From NCBI RefSeq assembly GCF_018350175.1, contig NC_058368.1:200634001-200698000 (forward strand): a stretch of 64,000 nt of DNA, read 5' to 3'. The position numbers and the translations under genes were made by a program. The notes beneath the pieces are model-generated. The model saw only the letters and a program-made list of their open reading frames with translations, was not told the DNA's origin and made no database searches. Of this stretch, positions 52,911 through 64,000 are shown piece after piece. The first letter of the stretch is position 1. The number at the start of each line of letters is the position of its first letter. Source of the stretch: Felis catus. Its lineage: Eukaryota.

Positions 52911-54330
52911 AACCATTCAATTGTTAAATACCTGTTGCAGGCAAATGGTGGGTCAAGGTACACAGGCAGCTCCACGGAGGAAAATTATTTTCTGGTTGTA
53001 ATTAGAAAATTACTCTTCCAAGCCGAAAGAGTTTCAAGTATTTGTTAATTTTTAATTTTGTATTACATTTGTAAATTTAAATTTATTAATTTTCTATGTG
53101 AAGATAAAAGAGATGCCCTATAGAAACACACCCAGTTTGCATCAGAGATGAATCAGGTGAAAAACCAGGGCCACTCAGAAGAGTGTTGTTTTGGTTAACA
53201 AGTACTGAAGTTTAAATGTGGCCAGTCATATTGGTAGACATGACTCCCTGAATACTGCAGTAATAAATACCAGTCGTGAAGGGAACTTTAAGTGCCTGAT
53301 AAGTAAGGCCTGAGAATAATGGCTTGAAACATGCTGAACATGTTACTACAAACTACTACCCGGCATAGGACAAGTCAGTTAAAAAAAAAAAGTGTATATG
53401 AAAAATAAACCATTCATGCTTGAATCTAGGTGCCACTTCTGCAGGAAAGCCTCCCCTGAGCTCTCCAGCTAGATCAGAAAACCCCTGTTACGTATTTCCA
53501 AATCACTTGGTACCTGTTATTCATATTATGCAAGACTTCTCATTATTTACCTGCAAAGGCAAAGACAGCATCTGCCTTTCTTACTCTCATATCCTCAGCA
53601 TCCACATAGGATATTGGTGTTAGAATGCACTATTAAAACATTTTTGTCTGAATAGTTAGGTTGAGTCAAAAGTCTGGCTCTCTACCCTGGCTGTATCACC
53701 AAGTACTTATATGAACTTGAAAAATTAAAGTAGTTTTCTGAGCCATTTTCCTGAGCTGTAAAATTATGAAGATTTAAAAAACTGAACACATTGTCAGTTT
53801 CATTTACTACATATTTTGATATATTTATTTATAAATTTTATGTACTATATATAGATGTTACATATGTAAATTTAACATATAATCACTAAACTTATCTCAG
53901 AAAACCAATGGAATAAAAATAAGTATGCTGAGAACTCAGAAATTTTGTGGCTTGATGCTATAATTTCCACTTTTTTCTAAATATAATGTCAGCTTTTTTA
54001 TAAAAAAATGTAAGAAATGGGAAAATATTCCTCATGCCTTCTCCTTAATTCCTAGAGATAAATACCATTAATGGTAATGTCTGTTATAACCTTTGTAAGC
54101 CATGACTTCAAATGAAATATTCAAACAAAAATGTTACAATGAAAATTGAGACAATTTTCTTTTCTAGTAATTTTGGATTTTTGGAAAAGCTACAGATCAT
54201 TTAGCTCAAAGATTTATAATTTCTTATGTTTTGGAAAAGTTTTATGGTACATTTTTTGTAAGATTCCTGTCCCCTTCCACAAACTTTCTTTACTCATAAA
54301 TGTATAGAGTATAAAATACTTAACATTTTC

Positions 54331-54834
54331 CAGCAACATGGATGGAACTGGAGGGTATTATGCTAAATGAAATAACTCAGAGAAAGACTGATACCATATG
54401 TTTTCACTCATATGTGGATCTTGAGAAAATGAACAGACGACCGTGGGGGGAGGGAAGGGGAAAAAAACCCCACAAAAAACCACAAAGTTACAAACAGAGA
54501 GGGAGGGAGGCAAACCATAAGAGACTTTTTTTTTCAATATATGAAGTTTATTGTCAAATTGGTTTCCATACAACACTCAGTGCTCATCCCAAAAGGTGCC
54601 CTCCTCAATACCCATCACCCACCCTCCCCTCCCTCCCACCCCCCATCAACCCTCAGTTTGTTCTCAGTTTTTAAGAGTCATAAGAGATTCTTAAATACAG
54701 AGAACAAACTAAGGGTTGATAGGGAGTGAGGGAGAGGGGAAAGTGGGTGATGGGCATCGAGGAGGGCACTTGTTTGGATGAGCACTGAGTGTTGTATGGA
54801 AGCCAACTTGACAATAAATTATATTAAAGAAAAC
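54331..54834 (+). mobile_element. Felid L1 3' end (ORF2 tail plus 3' UTR), host of a nested antisense L1
   Basis: ATWMELEGIMLNEI ORF2 end. TSD AAAATACTTAACATTT / AAAATATTAAACATTT at 54313 and 54835. Confidence 0.93.
54530..54678 (-). mobile_element. Young felid L1 3' terminal ~150 bp, nested antisense
   Basis: Near-identical to 13252-13392 and 55670-55780. TSD CATAAGAGAYTYTT at 54516-54529 and 54679-54692. Confidence 0.93.
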
Positions 54835-55263
54835 AAAATATTAAACATTTAAAGAAAGTTTCTAAATTTTCGAAATTACTCATATGCTAGTAAGTTTGTT
54901 GCCTTTTGTTTAATTTAATTTGAACTTAAAAAAATCACTTATCAACAAGGCTTTTATGATACTTTCATTTAAACTTTCCATTTTGGGGTTGTAATAGATT
55001 TTATTTTCTTTTTTGCTGCTGTTTTAAAATGTTTATTAAATCTGGTGCTTGCTAATGTCAGAGGTCTTACTTATCATTTAAAAACTCAGCTATATAGACA
55101 ATCAGTAATTGACTATATGAGGTCATGATTTAAATACAGAAAGGATTTATCTCCAGTAATAAAATATGTCTTCCAAAACACCATAATCGTATCCATAATA
55201 CCTTTTGTTTGATCACTTGGTCATATTGCTGGTGCTCATAGACATAATCTAAATGACATTATT

Positions 55264-55484
55264 GGGGCGCCTGGGTGGCGCAGTCGGTTAAGCGTCCGAC
55301 TTCAGCCAGGTCACGATCTCGCAGTCCGTGAGTTCGAGCCCCGCGTCAGGCTCTGGGCTGATGGCTCGGAGCCTGGAGCCTGTTTCCGATTCTGTGTCTC
55401 CCTCTCTCTCTGCCCCTCCCCCGTTCATGCTCTGTCTCTCTCTGTCCCAAAAATAAAATAAAAAACGTTGAAAAAAAAAATTTT
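55264..55484 (+). mobile_element. Very young Can-SINE (SINEC_Fc-like) with intact Pol III A and B boxes
   Basis: A box TGGCGCAGTCGG, B box GTTCGAGCC, CpGs retained. Perfect TSD TAAATGACATTATT at 55250 and 55485. Confidence 0.97.
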
Positions 55485-55669
55485 TAAATGACATTATTCA
55501 ACAAATATATAGAGATTTTTTTCCAATACCTAAAAAAAATCATGTAAAGAAAAAACAAAACATATCAGAATCATTCTAGGCAAGCAACCCTCCTTCAGTT
55601 ACCATAAAAAACTATAGAATAAACCTTATATAATATATATATTAAATATATAATATATATAATAAATCT

Positions 55670-55786
55670 TTTTTTCAATATATGAAGTTTATTGTCAAAT
55701 TGGTTTCCATACAACACCCAGTGCTCATCCCAAAAGGTGCCCTCCTCAATACCCATCACCCACCCTCCCCTCCCTCCCATCTCCCG
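55670..55786 (-). mobile_element. Young felid L1 3' terminal ~117 bp
   Basis: TSD ATAATAAATCT at 55659-55669 and 55787-55797. Confidence 0.93.
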
Positions 55787-56677
55787 ATAATAAATCTCAT
55801 AATTATAGGAAAATAAATTACTTCATGTAGATTATGGAAATTGGTACATAGTAATAGCTCAATAAATAATATTAAGCAAATAGTATCAATATTATTAAGA
55901 TTTTTATTGATATCCAGAGTGGAGGATTTTATCTTGTGTCACATACTCCATAATTCTAATCTAGTTTGTCAAAAATTTTACAAAGATGAATATATGATAT
56001 CAGTTATTCAGGGTTATGCTTCTAATTCATATTAAATTAGATAGGGAAGCAAAGAGAAAAATAATCTTTTAATATTTCTAATATGTTGACTTGTGAATAA
56101 ATGGGTTATATTTTCCCATTTGTATTAGGGTTCAATCTAAGGAGTAATCTAACAGAACTAAAAGTACAAATGGCTTAAACAGAACAAATAGGCATGCAGC
56201 TTCTGATGACAAATGAGTATGTGACTCCAATAAATACCTGTAGGAAATATAGAAGACTCAAGAACTTAAAAATTGTAGCTGCTCCCCTATGTCAATTAGT
56301 GTCCTCTGTGAAACAGAGCCTAAGAGGAGATTGGAAAAATACAAGTGATGCCTGAAGGCAAGGGCAGGGAAGATGAGGAGGGAGGGGCAGGAGTAGGTGG
56401 GGAAGCCTAGGGAACACAGAGACAGTCTGGAGCTGTTGAGGAGAGAAACGGACTAAAGGAAGAATGAGGTAGGGAAAGCCTGAGACCACAGCGCAGTTCA
56501 GAGAAAGGGTGGACCAGGCAGATGAGAACTGCTAGGCAAAAGTTGATATTATGAGTTTGTAGAATTGATCTTTACTATGTGGAGCAAACGTTCTGGATAG
56601 TGAGTCATGGTTCAACTACAGGCCACAAGAGGAACTGAACTAGAGAAGTTTATTACTCACAGGCCCTGGAGGAAGTA

Positions 56678-56918
56678 CAGTAAAACCTTGCATTGTGAGT
56701 AACTTGTTCTGCGAGTGTTCTGCAAGACGAGTAAACATTTCTAATAAATTTTAACTTGATAAATGAGCGATGTCTTGCAATCTGAGTAGTAGGTGATGCC
56801 GAAGATCACATGATCACAACTGAGCCAATGGTTCTTGAAATTCACTTTGATATACGAGTGTTTTGGATTACAAGCATGTTTCTGGAATGAATTATGCTCC
56901 CAAACCAAGGTTTTACTG
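56678..56918. mobile_element. 241-bp TcMar/Tigger-type MITE
   Basis: TIR CAGTAAAACCTTG (13/13 perfect, 19/22 extended), with TA on both sides (56676-77, 56919-20). Confidence 0.9.
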
Positions 56919-57160
56919 TACTTGGCATGGCTCAGAGTAGGATGTGGACAGAGAAGCAGGACCTTGGTGCAAGCCTTTTTTAGGGTGGTTCCACGGGTAG
57001 AGTGCTTTTGGGATTAGTCAATTCAAACCAAAAGAGCCAGGTGTTGATAAATTACAGAAGCCTCTTATCTAAGGGATATATAAAGGGAAAGTGCTGAGAG
57101 TCAGGGAAGACTTGATCACAGTGGCCATTGCAGAGGCCTTATCAGGACTTACATCATCTT

Positions 57161-57375
57161 TTTTTTCCCCATTTTTTTAATGTTTATTTATTTTTGAGAG
57201 AGGGAGAGAGAGAGCATGACTGGGAGAGGGGCAGAGAGAGGAGACACAGAATCTGAAGCAGGCTCCAGGCTCTGAGATGTCAGCAGAGCCCAACGCAGGC
57301 TGGAACCCTCGAGCCATGAGATCATGACCTGAACTGAAGTCACACACTTAACCGACTGAGCCACCCAGGCACCCC
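57161..57375 (-). mobile_element. Can-SINE (feliform type)
   Basis: TSD AGGACTTACATCWTCTT at 57144 and 57376. Confidence 0.95.
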
Positions 57376-58449
57376 AGGACTTACATCTTCTTATGACTCT
57401 GCCAGCTGCTGTCTAGGGCTTGTGCTTGCCTGAGAGGGCTAGTGTCAGTATAATGTCCCCGCCGGCCCTTTGGCCAAACAGAATGAATGCTAGCTAAGGC
57501 AGCAATAGCTTAGCTACATTCTAGACCCTTGCCTGTAACAGGAATCCCAGATCAAGGGCGAAGGCCCAGCTATAGTACTTCTAGTGCTCATTCTGTGGCA
57601 GCGTGGAGCACAGGGTAAGCATGGCCTTGGATGACCACTTTGATTCATTAAAAGAGAGTGGCTGTTTAAGGCTGTCAGTTAACTACCCTTCCTGCAGAAG
57701 ACTTATTTGAAGGGGGTTCTGAGTAGGAAACCTTCATGGCCACCTCACCCCAAGAATATCTTTTCAGAAACATATTGACCAGCATCATCTAAATGAAGAA
57801 TGCAAACATACTTTTTGTTAATACATAAGTTGTGAATAGTTAATCTGAAATTCTATTTCAATTATTATAATAATAGGAAACCAGAATAAAGGCATGACAT
57901 AAATGTGGCAAAGAATATTTTAATCTTGCCAGTATCTTCAAACTGACTTCAATTCAGAGACTTTTTTTTTCTCTCAAAGCAACTACTTTGTTCTTCTATA
58001 AGTAGTATTCTAAGTTCACTTTTTCCTCAAATTATTCTCAAGCAACTCTGTCTACCTTGAAAACATGCTTTCACAGCCTTTCCATCGTTGACATGACCCC
58101 CCCAACTCTGCATCACCTCTACTCTGAATCAGGTCCTCTTATACAAAAAGAAGATACAAATGAAAATGAAAGTCAAAATTCTAATAAAATTCACATAAAA
58201 AACAACGTAATCACTGATGATGTTTTGCTGAAGCCAAAACAGTCTGCGGCGAATATTGTCATTGCAGTTTCCTTTCCTTTCGGTGTCTTATTTTTTCAGT
58301 GTGTCACAGGCTGCTTTGATTTCCCCATTTACTTTTCTCTGTTTGATTTCTTGCAAAACTGTCATCTGCACATTGTGTTGAATAGTTGTTTAGCCCTCTG
58401 TCATGTATACAATTCATCTCAAGTCTTCACTCAAGATCTTGTGACGAAT

Positions 58450-58685
58450 GGGGCATCTGGGTGGCTCAGTCAGTTGAATACCCAACTCTTGATTTCAGCT
58501 CAGGTCATGATCCCAGCATTGTAGGCTTGAGCCCTGAGTCAGGCCCCATGCTGAATATGGAGGCTGTTTGAGATTCACTCTCTCTGTCTCTGTCTCTGTC
58601 TCTCTCTTTCCCCCCACCCTCTTCCACTCTCCTCCACTCATCTCTCTCTCTCTCTAACATAAAAATTGTTTAAAAAATTAAAAAG
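58450..58685 (+). mobile_element. Older Can-SINE
   Basis: TSD AGATCTTGTGAC at 58434 and 58686. Confidence 0.93.
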
Positions 58686-60669
58686 AGATCTTGTGACAAT
58701 TAAATCAGCACTAATAAATCCCAATTTGATTCAAGTCAAAATATTAACACAAACACTGTCATCTATTACATTACAATGGCCATTAACCAAAGAATATAGA
58801 AAGTTTATATATGTTACATTACCATTAAAATTAAATAGATAAAATAATTATACATATATAAATAAAGAGCTACATGCATCTATTGATCTAATCCTAAAGG
58901 TATGGTGACTATACCTACTTTCCTCATATTTTGCCCCTATTCACTCAGCTGAAGGATTACCATTTTCTATTTGATTTTAGGATTTGTTGTCTGCATTAGG
59001 TAAGGCAACTTGTGTCTGGTACCTTCTTTCTGAAGTATTACCAAGACCTATAGACTCAAATGTTCCAGTAGCCTAGAGGTCACAAAACCCTAAGCCTTAT
59101 CCTGACCCTACAACAAATTTGGATTACATTATTATTTTATATTTGAAATATTTAAAAATTATACCATTCAGAGCTAAAAGAGATCCTTAAAATTCTATTT
59201 CTGTCATCTTGTTTTACAATGATTTGCCATTGGTGGGTCACACAGTAACTGTTAGCAAAGGAGAAGGCAATGTCTCTGTCTCCTTACCCCTATTGTCTAT
59301 GCCTCTTTTATAATACACATGAACCACATGTGCAATTAAAAAATTCAAAGGAACTAACGAGCTTTTTTACGTGACTTAAGATTTTTTAAGTCTTTATAAA
59401 GACCCCTTGTCAAACATGTGATGTCATTCGAATTAAGCTGTGGATATTTTCCTAGTACTTCCATCGTGAGAACTTCTAAGACAATGTAGATCAGATCATT
59501 CAGCTGTACTTTATATGGGATATAAGGTCACAATTACTACATCCAGAAGGATTGGCATGCATAAAATAATTTTTTCTCTTGGTTCTGGCATCTTTGGTAG
59601 ATGTGGGAGGAAAACTACTTGATTGAGATATTTGAAATCTAGAATAAGAATACATAAGTGATTGAAAAAAATAAATAAGTAATGAAGATACCTAAGAATG
59701 TACTTGTTTGGATGCCAAATTCCAAGTATTTGCTTTTATTTAAAATAAATACAACACTAAACAAGTTATTTTTTAACTGATAATATTAGCGGGCTATTTT
59801 TTAATATCATAAGGAAGCAGATATCTGAAAGAACTGCACAGCAAATAAATGATGAAAAGTTGTATGTTATCCACACTTAGCATGTAAATCGAATGTCCAG
59901 AAAACGTTTTTGTATAGATCGTATTTGTTGTGTAATATGAAGCAAGAATATCCATTTTCCCCCTCATTTCTCTGTTTTTCCTATTACAAGGTCAACTGCA
60001 GAAGAACAGTGTGTTGCTAGTGTGCCTGCCAAGTTTTAATTGAAATGTTGTGATAAATTTCACTGCCAGGTCAGATGTTATTTTCTGGTTAAGGAAGGTC
60101 AAGCTGGTCTCTTAAAGAACCACTTTTGATTTTTATAGTGTCCAGTGATTTGTTCCTGGAAGTTGATTTACCGCAGATCTGACCTCTGTCCTCTCAGTTG
60201 ACCTCTGCCAACATTTTGTCCCCAGTTCACCTATGGCCACTGGTAGAAAAAAAGTATTTTATTAAACTGGGCTTCTCATTTTATTAGTGTGAAAATAGGC
60301 CTTCCCTAATCGATAGAACAGGAAGCATTCACTTTATTGCTTTAGACTAGAGACTAAAGGTCATTTAACACAAATAGAATGATGCACACAACAAAAACAG
60401 CAGTAAATATTTGTTGTCTCAGCATAAAAAATTGGTTAGCATACTCAAAAAAGTCTGTTCTCTGGAGTGTATGCATTAGGCTAATAAAAATATTAAAATT
60501 GTTGAAATTTAGTACAATTATATTTTGTAGAGTAATCCCTACAAATGGTCGTTTAGATTACAGATTTGGTTTGATTTTTGAAAATATCTGTCCAAAAGTT
60601 CTTAATAGGATTGGTATAATATCAATATTTATAAAGAATACAGCTTTATTCCACAAGTTCAGAGTGGCA

Positions 60670-60825
60670 TTTTTAATTTTAATTCCAGTATAATTAACAT
60701 ACAGTGTTAGTTTCAGGTGCACAATATAGTGATTCAACAATTCTATACATTACTCAGTGGCCATTGTGATGAGTGTACTCTTAATCCCCTTCACGGATTT
60801 TACCCATCCCTCCACCCACCTCCAA
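60670..60825 (-). mobile_element. Carnivore L1 3' end fragment
   Basis: TTTTAATTCCAGTATAATTAACATACAGTGTTAGTTTCAGGTG. Confidence 0.85.
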
Positions 60826-61047
60826 GCAAGCTCAGCACCTAGATATCAGCATATCTGATAATAAATAACAATATTTATAATTATGAATATTGCAAAACTT
60901 CCTGTAGAGACAATGAATTTTGGAGAATGATAGTAAATTGCACAGCAAGAGAAACGAAAGTGGCAATAACTTTTTCATTTCATTGATGACAATGTTGTGG
61001 AGGTGACATGAGGAATCAAGGACTATATTACCCCTTACCTTTATCTT

Positions 61048-61091
61048 GTTGACTTACTATTTCTCAAGTTGACTTACTATTTCTCAAGTTG
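61048..61091. repeat. Perfect 20-bp tandem duplication
   Basis: GTTGACTTACTATTTCTCAA x2, plus GTTG. Confidence 0.95.
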
Positions 61092-61179
61092 GTTGGTGTG
61101 CTGACTGTAATCGCTCAGAATCATCGGCCTGGCTTTGCAAGACCTACAAGATTCCATGGTTTTGTTTCAAATATACATC

Positions 61180-61455
61180 TTTTTTTTTTAAGTTTTTAGG
61201 TGAATTCAAGTTAATTATCGTACCGTGTAATATTAGTTTCAGGTGTACAATTTAGTGGTTCAACATTTCCATACAACACCTGGTGCTCATCACAGCAAGT
61301 GACTTCCCTAATCCCCATCACCTATTTAACCCATCCCCCACCCACCTCTCTCCTTACCATCAGTTTGTTCTCTGTAGTTAAGAGTCTGTTTCTTGGTTTG
61401 CCTGTCTTTTTTTTCCCCCTTTGCTCATTTGTTTTGTTTCTTAAATTCCACATAA
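61180..61455 (-). mobile_element. Carnivore L1 3' end fragment
   Basis: T tail, TTAGTTTCAGGTGTACAA...ACCATCAGTTTGTTCTCTGTAGTTAAGAGTC. Confidence 0.88.
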
Positions 61456-61911
61456 GCATCACTGCACCTTAGTAATATTTTCAGTCTCTCATTAACACTT
61501 GAATATTTTCTTACGTTACTTGAACAACATCTTTCATTTTATCATTTCAAGACCACTTTTTTAGGTCATTTGTATGATAGACAAATGTATACAAATGCTA
61601 ATATAATGATCATTTTCTGTCTATGTTTCTAATGTCTTACCAACTTTGTTTGATGTGTTATTGAAATACCATGTATATACACACACTATAGCAAAAATTT
61701 TCTACAATGACGGTGTTAATTAACATGGCAAAAATAAAAGGATGGTTGAGTCTACATGTAACAGGCCTTTCTTTGAATAGTGGACAGGGGTTTCTGGTAA
61801 GAACTTGAGACATTTTAAACAATCTGCTTAAAGCTCATGATTGTTCTTGAGCAAATGACTGAGATAATTTCACAGAACATATAATTAGAATTCACAGTTA
61901 AAGAATTATTA

Positions 61912-62143
61912 CTTTTTTAAAAAATATATTTATTTAGTTATTTAGTTATTTAGTTATTTAGTTATTTTTGAGAGAGAAAGATTAGGAGAGGGGCAGAGAG
62001 AGAGGGAGTCAGAGAACCCTGAGCAGGCTCTGTTCCACCAGTGCAGAGCCCAACACGGGGCTTGAACCCATGAACCCTGAGACCATGACCTGAGCGGAAA
62101 CTGAGAGTCAGATGCTCAACCGACTGAGCCCCCCGGGTGTCCC
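61912..62143 (-). mobile_element. Can-SINE with (TAAATAAC)n tail
   Basis: Body GAGCCCAACACGGGGCTTGAACCC...; partial TSD AAGAATTA. Confidence 0.92.
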
Positions 62144-63249
62144 AAGAATTAAGATGTTTGAATTTAGTTTTAATTGAGCTAATACACACAAAAGTATAAA
62201 CACAACATGTGTTATTATTTTTTCATTTCTTTGTGGATTTTATTGAGAATGCTTACTTACTAAGCTAAATGTCATGCTTGCTTTCATTACTGTACAATGG
62301 CAGTGTGTGCATTTCGATGCTCTAGTTATTTATATAAAATATTGGCAGTCATAAAAAGCTCAGAAAAATGTACTATACACAAGTACAGTAGTGAATAGAG
62401 TGCTGTGCAAGTCCAATTGTTTTATCATGGAAAGCAAGCAAGAAATTTGTCTTTATAACAAAGGATTAAGACGTTACAATCAGTGGTCTAAGGTCATTCA
62501 GAAATGATCAGTCTCAGAGGCTTCAAGCGTGCAAATTCAGTTTGATTACCTTCTGTAAGATTAAGGAAATAGATTCTGTGGATCTACCTGAGGGGACACA
62601 TAATTTGCAGAAATGAATTTTTTCATGTTCCACCCGTTATTTAAGCATGATGTTATTATAGTTCTGGATGTGTGAGAAGAAAGACCATGGCAACGAAAAG
62701 GATGCCTTTGGGTGTGATTTCCTTCAGATCTCTGGAGATTGGAGGCCTAGGGAAGTAGGCATTAGAAGCTAATTTCATAAGCCTTGGGGCACAAGGAGTA
62801 TCCTGGGCCCAGTTGAAAAAGAGTAGCAGAGAGTTACAGAGGTATCTCTCCTCTTTGTGTCTGCTGGGGACCCAATACAAGGAGAAACTTAGCAACTTTG
62901 AATGACTGACTATTGGAATACTGTAATAGCAGTGGCAATAGACAGTTCCTGTTTTAAGTAGTTTTGCTATACCTTGTACGAAATAGGGTGAACCAAAGAA
63001 GGAAGGAGAATGCACAGAGAGTGTCACGTGGTAATTGTAGTGGTCATACTGGTGACTACCTTGTAAGCAAATATGAAGGTAAATGTTACAGTCATTTAGA
63101 AAAACGTGGGGAGCATTTGGGGCATGATGGTGGTGTCCATGTGCAGGTGGTGATTCTTAAAAATAATACCTAATATTACATGTTAGGAAGACCTCAACTG
63201 GAAAGGGCCTCAAAAGTCCTTAAGCAGCAGGTAACAAGAGCCAATCACA

Positions 63250-63570
63250 ACACAGGCACTATCCTAAGGGCTGTGTATAAAATGACTCATTTAATTCTAA
63301 CAACACTATAAAGTATTGTGATTATTATCTCCGTTTTGCAGATGAGAATACTGAATTGGAGATATAAGAGAACAAGTAAATAGTAGAGCTGTGCTTCAAA
63401 CACAGGTAGTTCATGTTCTCAAGTGGTTAGCCCTCGTATATCTCTTTTTTTAGGTGAGAACATAAATTAAAAAGTTGGTTTCCAAGCACACAGGACTAGT
63501 GAGCTCAAAGCTTGGATTTGAACTTAGGTCATTCTGCCTTCAAACTCAACGCTTTTAATTATCCCATTAC
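63250..63570 (-). mobile_element. MIR fragments
   Basis: ATTATCTCCGTTTTGCAGATGAGAATACTGA; GGATTTGAACTTAGGTC. Confidence 0.7.
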
Positions 63571-64000
63571 CTTGTAAAGTATGTGAGGAATGTCTGAAGT
63601 GGTAAAGATTTGAAGATTCAGAGTTTTTCTGTTCTCTTACCTTAGCTGATAGGGGTTCTACCAGTGGAGAATGTTAAGAATTGCCTGTACATGCTCACCA
63701 AATCAGCTGTGATTTGGCCCACTCTGTTTCTTAATGTCTCAAATAGCCAGTTGCCTCAAAAGTAAGTAATTTATTCCAAGTCACCTATTAGAACCAATAT
63801 TTACTTAGAGCCTATGACATATTGGGCATTATGCTAAGCTTCGTATAGACTGTCAGTTTTTACAACAATGCTGGCAAAAATGCGTTATTAACTTATTAAC
63901 TTTATTTTACAAATAAAAAAACAAACTTGAGAAGTCTCACCTAAGAGTAACCAGCTGACAAGGAACAAACCAGGTCTCTCTGACGATACTACTAATCCTA

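Noticed and set aside
55264..55345. tRNA-like A/B boxes suggesting a tRNA gene
   Set aside because: This is the tRNA-derived head of a Can-SINE, followed by CT tract, poly(A) and TSD.
58057..58524. 155-aa plus-strand ORF
   Set aside because: TTG start, no recognisable domain, and it ends inside a SINE.
15454..62189. Recurrent similar small ORFs (MAQSVKxPTSAQVMIS...) that look like a peptide family
   Set aside because: All lie inside Can-SINEs; they are translations of the same repeat, mostly from non-ATG starts.
62656..63027. 123-aa minus-strand ORF
   Set aside because: GTG start, no recognisable motif; length compatible with chance.
1..64000. Inferring a host gene direction from repeat strand bias
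   Set aside because: L1s are mostly minus (suggesting a plus host) but LTRs are mostly plus (suggesting a minus host). The signals conflict and numbers are small.

Overview
AT-rich mammalian non-coding DNA, almost certainly from a feliform/felid carnivore. The basis is 26 tRNA-derived Can-SINEs, most with the feliform-type core CTCTGTGCTGACAGCTCAGAGCCTGGAGCCTGCTTCGGATTCTG, plus cat-type L1 3' ends. I cannot support any host protein-coding gene, rRNA, tRNA or CRISPR array. The only clearly real coding sequence is retroelement-derived: the 3' part of ORF2 in a young 5'-truncated 2.0-kb L1 (13228-15228), decayed older L1 ORF2, and an ERV-L dUTPase remnant. The rest is older L1, MaLR/ERV-L LTRs, MIR/L2, small DNA transposons, microsatellites and repeat-poor stretches that may hold conserved non-coding elements. 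Repeat family names come from my recollection of consensus sequences, not a database search. I see no evidence of a new gene system. The most unusual structures are insertion geometries. (1) An L1 3' end is inserted antisense into another L1 3' end and truncated exactly at the homologous position, giving a 132-bp ungapped inverted repeat with an 8-nt loop (54547-54818). (2) Two independent head-to-head SINE pairs each have an exactly 30-bp spacer centred on TTTT|AAA. (3) A SINE is nested antisense in a SINE. (4) An inverted L1 fragment has a 16-bp triplication at its junction.
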